Shown here one piece after another: positions 40,855 to 50,648 of a stretch of DNA of 64,000 bases (positions are counted from its first letter, which is position 1; every line of letters starts with the position of its first letter). Under the pieces are notes generated by a model that was not told where the DNA came from, made no database searches, and was given only the letters and a program-made list of their open reading frames with translations. Position numbers and translations under genes: made by a program. Source of the DNA: an uncultured Chloroflexia bacterium (GTDB taxonomy: Bacteria; Chloroflexota; Chloroflexia; QHBQ01; JADMIH01); assembly GCA_963797095.1 (NCBI GenBank), contig CAWCNY010000002.1:64001-128000 (forward strand), written 5' to 3'.

Positions 40855-41334
40855 ATGTCAGACGAAGTACCGGCGATCCTCACGAACGTCGACATTCAGA
40901 AGATCATCCCGCATCGCTACCCATTTTTGCTGGTGGATAAGATTATCGAGATCGAGTGGGGCAAGCGGGCCATCGGAATCAAGAATGTCACGGTCAACGA
41001 GCCTTTCTTCCAGGGCCACTTCCCCGGCTTCCCGGTTATGCCCGGTGTCCTCATGATCGAAGCTCTCGCCCAGGTGGGGGCTGTGGCAGTGCTTGGGATG
41101 CCTGAGAACAAAGATAAACTGGCCTTCTTCGCCGGTATAGACGAGGTGCGCTTCAAGCGCCAGGTAGTGCCGGGTGACACCCTTCGCCTGGAAGTCACCC
41201 TCACGAGAGTGCGCGGCCCTATCGGGCAGGGCACGGGAGAAGCCACAGTTGACGGGCAATTAGCCTGCCGTGGGTCGTTCATGTTTGCGCTGGCTAATAA
41301 AGACCAGGGTTTGGGTACAGGAGATCAGGGTTGA
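40855..41334 (+). CDS. fabZ: 3-hydroxyacyl-ACP dehydratase
   Basis: [24 protein letters not shown] and PGD motifs. Confidence 0.96.
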   Translation: MSDEVPAILTNVDIQKIIPHRYPFLLVDKIIEIEWGKRAIGIKNVTVNEPFFQGHFPGFPVMPGVLMIEALAQVGAVAVLGMPENKDKLAFFAGIDEVRFKRQVVPGDTLRLEVTLTRVRGPIGQGTGEATVDGQLACRGSFMFALANKDQGLGTGDQG

Positions 41335-41380
41335 CCTATATGTGACCCATGTTCCCCGATCTCACTCCCGGAGCTATCGG

Positions 41381-42223
41381 ATGGGAGCGGAACAGGCATC
41401 ACATACTAAACCGGCTGTCGAGGCAATTGTTGAGGAAGCCGAGACATTACATGGCGGTACTTGGATACACGTCAAGTCAGCATGTCTGCATAATGCCGAC
41501 CTAAGCGAGCGTGTACTCTGGTGCCTGGGTGTGGACTGGCAGCGCACATGCCAAAATTTGGGCCAGGCTACTAAGATCAGCCTGCTATTCAATGCCGCTT
41601 TCTGTTGGGAGTGGTGGGCCGTTGCCGGTTATCGGCTCTCGTATTGGGTAAATTCACGCCGCATCCCCTACCTGGGACGCCACCACATTTTGCAGTATTT
41701 ATTGGTTATGCAGCAGGGCGTACTTCTGCGCTTTTGTTACATGGTAGGCCGCTTGCTCGAAGCCCTGAGCGGGGCACGCCTCAGCGGCCTTGCCGAGATC
41801 GGCCCCGGCCTGCTGCTCGCTCACACCGGCTCTTGCGGTATCGGGAGTGGAGTCAAGATCGGCCACACATTCACCCTTTTCCAGGATGCCAGTATCGTGG
41901 GCGAAGGTGGCGAAATATCAGCTCCGGTGATAGGTGACTACGTGACCGTTTATAGCGGAGCGCGCGTATACGGCCCTGTACACATTGGAGATGGTGCCCA
42001 AATAGGCGCAAACGCCCTGGTCCTGCGTGATATCCCGCCGGGATGCCTGGCAATCGGCTTACCTGCGCGTCCCATCGCACCAGGCGCGCATGCCCCTCCC
42101 TACCCGGCATCCTTCCAGGTGCGCGACCTTGTCGCTACCCTTGTCGAAAAAGGCGCTCTAAAGGAAACTGCACCGGGCCGCTACATTGACGCGGCCACAG
42201 GCGAGGAGATCACGGTTCAATAA
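41381..42223 (+). CDS. Serine O-acetyltransferase-like hexapeptide acyltransferase
   Basis: AEIGPGLLLAH, PVIGDYVTVYSGA and IGANALVLRDIP...GLPAR motifs; start uncertain. Confidence 0.75.
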   Translation: MGAEQASHTKPAVEAIVEEAETLHGGTWIHVKSACLHNADLSERVLWCLGVDWQRTCQNLGQATKISLLFNAAFCWEWWAVAGYRLSYWVNSRRIPYLGRHHILQYLLVMQQGVLLRFCYMVGRLLEALSGARLSGLAEIGPGLLLAHTGSCGIGSGVKIGHTFTLFQDASIVGEGGEISAPVIGDYVTVYSGARVYGPVHIGDGAQIGANALVLRDIPPGCLAIGLPARPIAPGAHAPPYPASFQVRDLVATLVEKGALKETAPGRYIDAATGEEITVQ

Positions 42224-42228
42224 CGCTA

Positions 42229-42606
42229 CTATCCGAAATAGCCCAACTCGTCTTTAGCTTCCTCGCTCATCATCGAAGGGTGCCAGGGTGGCGAGAACAC
42301 CAGGTGCACATCCACTTCTTCCAGGTCGTCAAACCGCGAAAGTGATCGCCGCACGTTAGTGATCAACTCCGGCCCGATCGGGCAGCCTGGGCTGGTTAGC
42401 GTCATTGTAATATCAGCTTTGTTATCCGCCACGGTGACATCATACACAAGACCCAGGTCCACAATATTCAGGCCCAACTCAGGGTCGTACACCTCGTTCC
42501 GAAGGGTCTCGCGCACATCGTCATAACTGGTGCCCGTAGCGCCATTAGTGTGTGCAGGCGCAGATGTAGTTTCTTGTATTGGCGTTGCATCTTGTATGTC
42601 AGCCAT
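42229..42606 (-). CDS. DUF59 metal-sulfur cluster assembly factor (SufT-like)
   Basis: VYDPELGLNIVDLGLVY, TLTSPGCP and PPWHPSMMS motifs. Confidence 0.92.
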   Translation of the reverse strand: MADIQDATPIQETTSAPAHTNGATGTSYDDVRETLRNEVYDPELGLNIVDLGLVYDVTVADNKADITMTLTSPGCPIGPELITNVRRSLSRFDDLEEVDVHLVFSPPWHPSMMSEEAKDELGYFG

Positions 42607-42787
42607 AATATACCTCCTTTACTTTCGGAGCTTATACCCTATTATAACGCACAATATTTCAGAACCAAATAACACAAACATTGTTGAACGTTAGTAAGGG
42701 TGCAAGCAGGTCAGTTTGCTCAGTATATCGTCAAGTATAATGTGCGACAAAATACCGCGGCGATCAATCAGCCCTGCATCTGCATGT

Positions 42788-43234
42788 TTACCGAGCTACA
42801 TTGTCCGCTGTCAGTTCAAACGTATCGCTCACCCCATTCACTACGACAGTATATACCCCCGCCGGAAGCCCAGCGACATCCAGCGTAACCGGCTGCTCGA
42901 AAGGCGTGATAACCTGTATACAAGCCGCCCCCGCCTCGCGGATTGTCGCGATAGTCACATTGAACGTGTTCCTATCCCGCGACTGGCTGATCGAGTTGAT
43001 CTTGGTACACGGATCGGGCAGATTCCCCTTCACATCAACCTGCACCTGCACAGGCTTAGTTTCCAGTACCTTTATCTCAATACTATCGACAGGTACCTGT
43101 CCCTCAAGCAGCCCCGCCGTAGGCGTGCCCACAGGCTGCGGCGTTGCCGTGGGATCGCCCGCCCCACAACCCACAAGCGCCAGCAGCCCCGCGAACGAAG
43201 CCGCCAAAAAAACCACAGATCTTCTCATAACCAA
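42788..43234 (-). CDS. Lipoprotein with a small disulfide-containing beta domain
   Basis: Lipobox LVGC; PVQV.V.V.G.LPDPC, ACIQVI.PF and GVYTVVVNG. Confidence 0.8.
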   Translation of the reverse strand: MVMRRSVVFLAASFAGLLALVGCGAGDPTATPQPVGTPTAGLLEGQVPVDSIEIKVLETKPVQVQVDVKGNLPDPCTKINSISQSRDRNTFNVTIATIREAGAACIQVITPFEQPVTLDVAGLPAGVYTVVVNGVSDTFELTADNVAR

Positions 43235-43337
43235 ACACCCTCCTTATAGATGTAACGCCCAACACCTACCGAATGTTTCCCAACTCCACAAGCGTTACAA
43301 AGCACCCTCCATCCCCCGCCCTCTCCCTTCCCCACCC

Positions 43338-43470
43338 CATTCCGCACTCCGCACTAAAAACTGTACCAAAGTACACCCCAAAACCTGTCCAGTTTTGTCC
43401 CACCAATGCCATTTAGTATATGAGGGATGATCCACGCACTAATCCAACCACCTCCCCAGAATCCGAAGAA
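43338..43470 (+). repeat. Dispersed intergenic element A, copy 3
   Basis: Same core; about 80 bp nearly identical to the reverse complement of 50512-50593. Confidence 0.85.
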
Positions 43471-43653
43471 AATCTCACGTCCCTACCCAAATGGCTACAC
43501 AAATAATGCGAACAATGCCCAATCAAAGGAGGAACAAACAAAAAGGTGCGCAAGACCCAACAGTCCCGCACACCTCATCAAACGTCAAACCCAAAAACCT
43601 AAAATCCTTCGCGCCCTTCGCCCAACTTCGCCTCTTCGTGTTCCAAAACCCGA

Positions 43654-44640
43654 CTACTCAGCGATAGTGTACCGCCCCATCTCCCGGAACTTCTCCCGTC
43701 GCGCCTCAAGCAGCGCCCGCGAGCCTTCGGCACTGGAAAGGTCATACCTGGATTGAAGCTCACCCAGATTATGCAAAATCGCCTCTCGCACCGCCTCAAA
43801 CGCGGCGGCAGGGTCAAGGTGTGCCCCACCCTCCGGTTCAGGCACGATCTCGTCAATGATCCCGAACTGCAACAGGTCGGGCGCTGTAATCCGCATCGCC
43901 TCCGCAGCCGAAGACGCCTGTGCGGCATCCCTCCACAAAATAGCGGCGGCGGCCTCAGGGCTGGCGACCGAATAGGTGGCGTTCTCAAGCATCAGGATGC
44001 GGTCTCCCACCCCGATAGCAAGCGCCCCTCCAGAGCCGCCTTCACCTATCACCACCACGATAAGAGGCACCGCGATCTCAAGCATAACCAGTATGTTTTG
44101 CGCTATTGCCTGTCCGATGCCGCGCTCCTCCGCCGCCACCCCAGGGTTAGCGCCGGGCGTATCTATAAACGTAATAATAGGGAACCCGAAGCGTGCGGCG
44201 TGCTTCATCAAACGCTCGGCCTTCCGGTATCCCTCCGGCTGGGGCATGGCGAAGTTGCGAGTGATGTTCTCCTTCGTGTTGCGCCCCTTCTGCTGGCCTA
44301 TCACCATCACCGTCTGCCCCTCGAACGAAGCCAGCCCACCCACGATAGCGGCATCCTCCCCAAAGAGCTTGTCGCCGTGCAACTCCACGAAATCGGTGCA
44401 GAGCCTGCCCACGTAATCGAGCATATGCGGTCGATCCGGGTGGCGGGCGATCTGCACGCGCTGCCAGGGCGGCACCTGAGGCAACTCAGAGGCCACATCA
44501 GCCCCATCCCTGTGGCTAATACCGGCGGGCATATACTCGCGCAGCGAGCCTACAGGGGTGTGATTTCGGTTGTTATTGTTGGGGTGCTCCATCGTACTCA
44601 TCGTACTCATCGTACTCTCGCGCATTGCAAACGGCGGCAC
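43654..44640 (-). CDS. accA: Acetyl-CoA carboxylase carboxyltransferase alpha
   Basis: ARHPDRP, ELHGD, PEGYRKA, DTPGA and GEGGSGGAL motifs; start uncertain. Confidence 0.95.
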   Translation of the reverse strand: MPPFAMRESTMSTMSTMEHPNNNNRNHTPVGSLREYMPAGISHRDGADVASELPQVPPWQRVQIARHPDRPHMLDYVGRLCTDFVELHGDKLFGEDAAIVGGLASFEGQTVMVIGQQKGRNTKENITRNFAMPQPEGYRKAERLMKHAARFGFPIITFIDTPGANPGVAAEERGIGQAIAQNILVMLEIAVPLIVVVIGEGGSGGALAIGVGDRILMLENATYSVASPEAAAAILWRDAAQASSAAEAMRITAPDLLQFGIIDEIVPEPEGGAHLDPAAAFEAVREAILHNLGELQSRYDLSSAEGSRALLEARREKFREMGRYTIAE

Positions 44641-44693
44641 GTGCGGAGACTAAGCATAACCGGCAAATCCCGCCCCGCGCTCTACCTTCTACG

Positions 44694-45680
44694 TCAGGCT
44701 TCGCGGGTCGCGTGCTGTCTCTCTCGTTCCCTTGCTTGCCCGCCCTCTCCGCCCGCGTACAGCCTCAATAGGCGGGCTATTATGGAGCGTAGCTCTCGGC
44801 GAGGGGTCACCATATCGACCATGCCGTGCTTCAACAGGAACTCGGCGGTCTGGAAATCGGGGGGCAGCTTTTGCTTGATAGTCTGCTCGATCACGCGCGG
44901 CCCCGCGAACCCAATCAATGCGCCAGGCTCGGCTATAACAATATCTGCGGACGAAGCATACGATGCCGTAACCCCACCCGTACAGGGATCGGCCAGGATC
45001 GAGATGTGGGGCAGACTTGCCTCTGCAAGGTCAGCCATCACAGCCGTAGTCTTTGCCATCTGCATCAGCGAGAAGATCCCCTCTTGCATACGCGCTCCGC
45101 CCGAAGACGACACGCTCACCAGGCCGATTCCGCGCTCCATAGCCAACTCGGCTGCGCGGGCTAGCTTTTCGCCGTACACCGACCCCATGCTCCCGCCGAG
45201 GAACCGGAAATCGACCACCGCCAGCACGCAAGGCGTTTCCTCGATAGTGGCGGTGCCATAGCGCAGGGCGTCGCTCAGGCCGGTCTTTCGCTGCGTATCC
45301 TGTAGCTTGGCCGAGTACTTCTGCCCAAGCAACTCGAACCCGATGGCGTCCTCAGGCATGATGTCGGTGCCATGCTCCTGGAACGAGCCGGTGTCGATCT
45401 GCCCTTCGTCCGCTTTGCCTCCGTCCACCAGGTAAGCGATGCGCTCGTCCGAGGACAGGCGGAAGTGGTGCTCACACTTGGGGCATACCCTAAGGTTGTT
45501 CTCAAGCTGCCTGCTGTAGAGAAGCTCGTTGCACTTGGGGCACTTGATCCAAAGGTCGTCAGGGAAGTCGCGTTCCTTACGACCCTGGCCGCCCGTCGCG
45601 TCCCTCGTGTCCTGGCGTTCGCTTTTCTCTTTGTCTTGTCCGATGGAAAAGTAGCGCGGGCGCCGAAATATGTCCTTCAC
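44694..45680 (-). CDS. accD: Acetyl-CoA carboxylase carboxyltransferase beta
   Basis: LWIKCPKC..VCPKC zinc finger, GGSMG, SGGARMQEG and FAGPRVIEQT motifs. Confidence 0.96.
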   Translation of the reverse strand: MKDIFRRPRYFSIGQDKEKSERQDTRDATGGQGRKERDFPDDLWIKCPKCNELLYSRQLENNLRVCPKCEHHFRLSSDERIAYLVDGGKADEGQIDTGSFQEHGTDIMPEDAIGFELLGQKYSAKLQDTQRKTGLSDALRYGTATIEETPCVLAVVDFRFLGGSMGSVYGEKLARAAELAMERGIGLVSVSSSGGARMQEGIFSLMQMAKTTAVMADLAEASLPHISILADPCTGGVTASYASSADIVIAEPGALIGFAGPRVIEQTIKQKLPPDFQTAEFLLKHGMVDMVTPRRELRSIIARLLRLYAGGEGGQARERERQHATREA

Positions 45681-45878
45681 GCCTGGCTCCTGTATGTATT
45701 TTGTTAAAGACTCACGTATTATACCACAGGTGGGAAGGGGAGGATGGTAATCGGTAGTCGTTAGTCAGAACTCAGGAACTATAATCCTCCGACTACCGAT
45801 TACCATCAGACGTGAAATAAACCTCCCATACTGGTACAATGAGAACTGTATTGGCTTAACATCAAATAGGAGGCTGCG

Positions 45879-46871
45879 TTGGCTAAATTCTACTATGGTG
45901 GTCAGGCTGTCATCGAAGGTGTCATGATGCGCGGGCAGCGCAACATGGCCGTGGCCGTGCGCGCTCCCGGCGGCAACATCGTCGTACACCAGGAGCCTCT
46001 AAATGCGGCCATCTACACCAACCCTGTCATGAAGCTCCCATTCTTGCGCGGCCTGGTCGCCCTATGGGATGCCCTCGGCCTGGGCATGAAGTCTCTCATG
46101 TTCTCCGCCAACATAGCCATGGAGGAAGAATCCGGCTCCGCCGAAGAACAACCCAGGCCGGAGGTCGCTAGCCGCCCCAGTTCGAGCGATGCGCAATCGT
46201 TCGGCACAGTCGGGTGGGTGAGCATAGTCATCGCGCTGGCGATGATGGTAGGCATATTCTTCGTGCTGCCTGTGCTGGTGGCGGGCCTCTTTGGTGTCGT
46301 CACGGGCAACAACTCCACCCTTGCGAACAATCTCGTGGAAGGAGTTGTGCGGATCGCCCTCTTCATCGGCTACATCTGGGTGATCGGCTTCATGCCCGAC
46401 ATCAAGCGCGTGTTCGGTTACCACGGGGCCGAGCACAAAACGATCAACGCCTACGAGGCCGGCGTAGACCTCACCCCACAGAATGTGCAAACCTTCACCC
46501 TTCTGAACCCGCGCTGCGGCACCACCTTCCTCCTCATTGTGCTATTGCTGGCGACCGTCCTGTTCGTCCTTATCGGCAAACTACCCTTCGCCTTCACCCT
46601 CCTATCGAGGATCGTGCTCGTGCCAGTAGTGGCCGCCTTCGCTTACGAATTGATCCGCCTGATGGCGAACCTGTACGGCAACCCGGTCGTGCGCGCCATA
46701 CTCGCCCCCGGTCTCGCCCTCCAAAAGATGACCACCCGCCCACCCGATTTGAGCATGATAGAAGTAGGTATCGCCGCGCTGGAAGCAGTGCTGGTGGCGG
46801 ATCAGGTGCACGTAACCGCAACCGAAGCACGGCCCCTCGCGGGTATGCTCGTTGATGGGCAGGGTGACTAA
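45879..46871 (+). CDS. DUF1385 domain membrane protein
   Basis: GGQAVIEGVMMR, YHGAEHKTIN, RCGT and LQKMTT.PP motifs. Confidence 0.9.
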   Translation: MAKFYYGGQAVIEGVMMRGQRNMAVAVRAPGGNIVVHQEPLNAAIYTNPVMKLPFLRGLVALWDALGLGMKSLMFSANIAMEEESGSAEEQPRPEVASRPSSSDAQSFGTVGWVSIVIALAMMVGIFFVLPVLVAGLFGVVTGNNSTLANNLVEGVVRIALFIGYIWVIGFMPDIKRVFGYHGAEHKTINAYEAGVDLTPQNVQTFTLLNPRCGTTFLLIVLLLATVLFVLIGKLPFAFTLLSRIVLVPVVAAFAYELIRLMANLYGNPVVRAILAPGLALQKMTTRPPDLSMIEVGIAALEAVLVADQVHVTATEARPLAGMLVDGQGD

Positions 46872-46914
46872 ATCGTAAAGATTCGCCCTGTCGTTCGTTC
46901 TACTTATTGGGACT

Positions 46915-48928
46915 ATGTCTGATCAACCAACTATCAGTGCAAATGAGCCTGCCCAAAGCAAGCGATCGCTGGTGCTTTTAGTCGATTGCCTGAGCACCGG
47001 CGACGGATCTACCTTTGGCGAGGGCACTGAAGGTCAATTCCTGCTGAGGCTGGCTGCTCTGCTGGCGAGCGGCTGGGCCGGGCGTGTGCTTGTGCTCAAA
47101 GTGGTGGCCGTACCCGAAGGCGAGTCGATAAGCGCCTATTCAACTCGCACCCAGGCCCTACGCCAGAAGCTGGAGCGCGAGACGCTTGAAGCCCTGGCAG
47201 GCTCCAAAGAGCAGGCCTTCGGATTTATCTCGCCGGTGGTGCGCGTGGCGCGTGAAAGCAGGATCGGCCAGGAGGTGCGGGCCTTCCTCGAACTCAGAGC
47301 CGGGCGCGCTACTGCTGATGCCGATGTCGCCGCGTGCTACAAGGCGCGGGCTGCACCTGCCTCCCGGCTGCGACTGGATGGGGCGGGCACTGCGAAAGCC
47401 CCTCCCCTGCGATCTTGCCTGGGTGCGCATGCCTCAAGTTGGCTACGAAGGTGATGCACCCACCGCTCCCTTCCAGACCGGGATGCGTGTGCTCCTTCCC
47501 GTGCGTGGTGGTCCACAGGCAGAACTGGCCGTGCACCTATCCGATGCTCTGGCCGAGGCGATGCGGTCTCAGGCGGCTGTGCTTCACATCTTGCAGGGGG
47601 GTATGCCCGAACGAGAGCGTGCCTCCGAAGAAGCGCCGTTCAACGAGCTTCTTGCTCACATGCGCGGTGCGCGTGCCGGTATCGAGGCGGGCGCGCCTGT
47701 GCTGCCGTTGCGCCACATCTACGCGACCAGCGATAACCCTATAGCGACCATCGGGAAGACCGCCTCCAACTATGATCTGGTGATCATGGGCGCGGGTGGT
47801 GGAGAGGGCGCGGATATCGGGCCTTTCACCTACGATGTGGCGGATACCAGCACGCCCGCCCTTGTGCTTGTAAAAACTCGCCTGCCAGTGGGCCCCGCCA
47901 TTCGCGCCGCCCGCAAGCGCGCCAGGCCCCACGCTTTGCACCCCGAAGCGCTTTCTTTGATCGTGGACAAGTGGTTCGCCGAGAATACGTTTCATGCCAA
48001 CGAGTTCTCGGATCTCGGTCGCTTGCTGGAGATCAAGCGCAGGCGTGGGGTGACTATTTCGGTCGGCCTGCCCGCTCTGAACGAGGAGGAGACTATCGGC
48101 GGGGTTATCAGCGTGCTGAAGGAGAGCCTGATGGAGGAGGTGCCGCTGGTGGATGAGATCGTGGTGATCGATTCGAACTCGAGCGACAGGACGAGGGAGA
48201 TCGCGGAGAGGCTTGGGGTGCCCGTGCATATCCACCAGCGGGTGCTACCGGAGGCGGGCGAGCCGCTGGCGGGGAAGGGGGAGGCGCTCTGGAAGTCGCT
48301 GCACGTGCTGAAGGGGGACATCATCGCCTGGGTGGACACGGATGTGACGAATATGCACCCGCAGTTCGTGTATGGGCTGATCGGTCCCCTGTTGCGGGAG
48401 CCTGGGCTTGGCTACGTGAAGGGGTATTACCACAGGCCGATCCGGACGGAGGGTCGGATGGAGGAGGAGGGGGGAGGGCGGGTGACGGAGCTAACGGTGC
48501 GTCCCTTGCTCAACCTCTTTTTCCCGTTGCTGTCGGGGGTGGTGCAGCCCCTCGCGGGTGAGTACGCGGGTCGGCGTGAGGTGTTGGAGCAACTGCCGTT
48601 CTTCTCAGGCTACGGTGTAGAAACGGGGCTGCTGATTGACCTGCTGGAGCGGTATGGGCTGAACTCGATAGGGCAGGTCAACCTGGAAAAGCGCGTGCAT
48701 CGCAACAGGCCGTTGCAAGACCTCTCCCTCACTGCGTTCGCCATCGTGCAGGTGATATTGACCCGCCTGGAAGACCGCGCCCGTATTACCCTCCTGGAAG
48801 AGGTGAACCGCAGCATGAAGCTGATCCGGTTTGAGAAGGACCACCTCTCCCTGGAAGTACGGCGCGTGCGCGACGCCGAGCGGCCACCCATTTTCAGTGT
48901 ACCTGCATATATGCAACGTGACCAATAG
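46915..48928 (+). CDS. gpgS: Glucosyl-3-phosphoglycerate synthase with N-terminal universal-stress-protein-like domains (1-nt frameshift near 47290)
   Basis: LPALNEEETIG, GKGEALW, GGRVTEL, QPLAGEYA, GYGVE and HRN motifs. USP-like VLLPVRGGPQAELA and DLVIMGA. Removing the G at about 47290 joins the two ORFs. Confidence 0.85.
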
Positions 48929-48954
48929 CCCTCCTTTGAGAGAGGAGGCGGCGC

Positions 48955-50043
48955 CTACTTGCTCTTGCTGAACGCATAGACGAGCGCGCCCAGGGGGATG
49001 TTGCTCCAGTAGTTGATGGCGCGGTCCACTATCGCTACCGCGCCCGCAAGTGCGGCTGCTACCCCAAACGCCCCGAGGATCGCCACCGACGCCCCCTCTA
49101 CTGCCCCCAGGCCGCCGGGAGTGAACGGTATGGTGCTCAGCAGCGAGCCTGCCAGCGCGGTGAACACTATGACGCCCACCGTCAGGCCCGTCACGTGGAG
49201 GGCTTGCATCACCAACCAGATACGCAGTACCTCGCCCGCCCAGATAAGGCACGTGAGCGCATAGAGGGGCAGTTGCACATCTCGTCTGAACGTGCGGAGC
49301 GTGCCTTCGAGGAACCGGGCGGCTCTATCGCGCCAGCGGGCGGGCACAACTCGCAGTAGACGAGTGGATGCCAGCCTGAGGAGCATCACGCCCGCGCCAA
49401 TCGCGACGATCAGCACCAGGCTTACCGTCAGGATGAATTGCAGGTTGCTGGCCTCTCCCGCCAACTGGCCCACTATCAGGAGACCGCTTGCGAGCAATAA
49501 CACCCCCAGCGCCAGCACATCGGCCATGCGCTCGCCCACTACTGTGCCGAGCGTGCGCTCCAGGTTCGCCCCAGAGTGCTTGTTGAGCAGATACGCGCGA
49601 TAGGCGTCGCCCAACTTGGCGGGCACCAGGCAATTGACGAACCACGTCAAGTAATATATCTCAACCAGCCCGGCCAGTGGAGGCAGTTTGAGATCCTGGC
49701 CCAGGTCGGCGTGGCGCAAGAGGAGCCGCCAGCGCAGACCACGGAACACGAACGCCCCCAGGTAGACGCCAAGCGCAAGCCCCAGGTAGCGCAGGTCGGC
49801 GGCCTGCACGTTGGCCCAGTTAGATCCCAGGTCGAGATGAGTGGTCAGGATGAATAAGAGGATTATTGCCGCGCTTATCCCGAAGCCCAGGAGGGTCTTC
49901 CAGTCGCGCAAGCGCCTCCCGATCTGCACATCGCCTGTGCGTGGGGCTGCGCCTGGAAGCGCAGGGCGAGCGCGAAGCATGTTGTTGCTTGCCGCCATCT
50001 TGACGGTTGTATTAGCTCGTGAGTTGGTCGAAGGGATGATCAT
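48955..50043 (-). CDS. Lysylphosphatidylglycerol synthase TM-like (flippase-like, UPF0104) protein
   Basis: RGLRWRLLL, NCLVPAKLGDAYR, ERMAD and PFTPGGLGAVE motifs. Confidence 0.88.
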   Translation of the reverse strand: MIIPSTNSRANTTVKMAASNNMLRARPALPGAAPRTGDVQIGRRLRDWKTLLGFGISAAIILLFILTTHLDLGSNWANVQAADLRYLGLALGVYLGAFVFRGLRWRLLLRHADLGQDLKLPPLAGLVEIYYLTWFVNCLVPAKLGDAYRAYLLNKHSGANLERTLGTVVGERMADVLALGVLLLASGLLIVGQLAGEASNLQFILTVSLVLIVAIGAGVMLLRLASTRLLRVVPARWRDRAARFLEGTLRTFRRDVQLPLYALTCLIWAGEVLRIWLVMQALHVTGLTVGVIVFTALAGSLLSTIPFTPGGLGAVEGASVAILGAFGVAAALAGAVAIVDRAINYWSNIPLGALVYAFSKSK

Positions 50044-50228
50044 CTCGAATGTCCTTTAGAGTTCACCGTTAGCCTTGTCTGTAGGGGGCCTGGTGGGGCG
50101 GGCTAATCCCCGCCCCACTGCTGCTTTGTTAGAGGCTCGTGGCTACAGGGTGAAGCTGCGCGCAGCGGTTGATCGGGATTTCGGTATGTTGTTGTGCGGG
50201 TGGTTTTACTGGCCCTCATTAACTAAAT

Positions 50229-50360
50229 GAGGCATGGTCATAATTCATTTTTCACGCGTGGTGACGGATCAAATAGTGAGCCGAACCGCGTATTTTGGCT
50301 CTATTCAGACCACATCGTGAGCGTCAAATTGTGCGTAATTGGTATTTATGACCATGCCTC
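50229..50360 (-). mobile_element. MITE, 132 bp (subfamily 1)
   Basis: IR GAGGCATGGTCATAA; 8-bp TSD AACTAAAT at 50221-50228 and 50361-50368. Confidence 0.92.
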
Positions 50361-50368
50361 AACTAAAT

Positions 50369-50511
50369 GAGGCATGGTCATAAATACCAATCTGTCTATT
50401 ACCCCACGCTTGGGATGTGGCCTTAATGTCACAAAATGCCGCCAAAATGGGCTGTTTCCAGATGAAGTTGCTCTCCTTCTACGCACGGAAAATGAATTAT
50501 GACCATGCCTC
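50369..50511 (+). mobile_element. MITE, 143 bp (subfamily 2)
   Basis: Same IR; TSD AACTAAAT at 50361-50368 and 50512-50519; near-identical to 60788-60930. Confidence 0.93.
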
Positions 50512-50648
50512 AACTAAATGGCATTGGTGGGACAAAACTGGACAGGTTTTGGGGTGTACTTTGGTACAGTCTTTTTAGTGCGGAGTGCGGAATGTGAATG
50601 AATGGCCTGTGGGGGCGAGACACCCCTCGCCCCCGCAGTTGATTTGAG

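Larger units (their letters stand above)
50167..50593 (-). repeat. Dispersed intergenic element A, copy 4 (reverse), split by two MITEs
   Basis: Removing both MITEs and two AACTAAAT copies restores ...GATCGGGATT...CCCTCATTAACTAAATGGCATTGGTGGGACAAAACTGGACAGGTTTTGGGGTGTACTTT. Confidence 0.85.

Noticed and set aside
44590-44617. (CATCGTACT)x3 in the accA N-terminus, and other 9-12-bp duplications (58202, 60644)
   Set aside because: Short local duplications in unconserved segments with no evidence of function.
43753-45261. 502-aa ORF (and similar long ORFs at 51438, 12224, 10419 and 8248)
   Set aside because: Antisense shadows of well-supported genes in GC-rich DNA.
50221-50519. Palindromic repeats with ~100-bp interiors as a CRISPR array
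   Set aside because: Fully explained as two MITEs with IRs and a triplicated 8-bp TSD; a solo copy exists at 60788.
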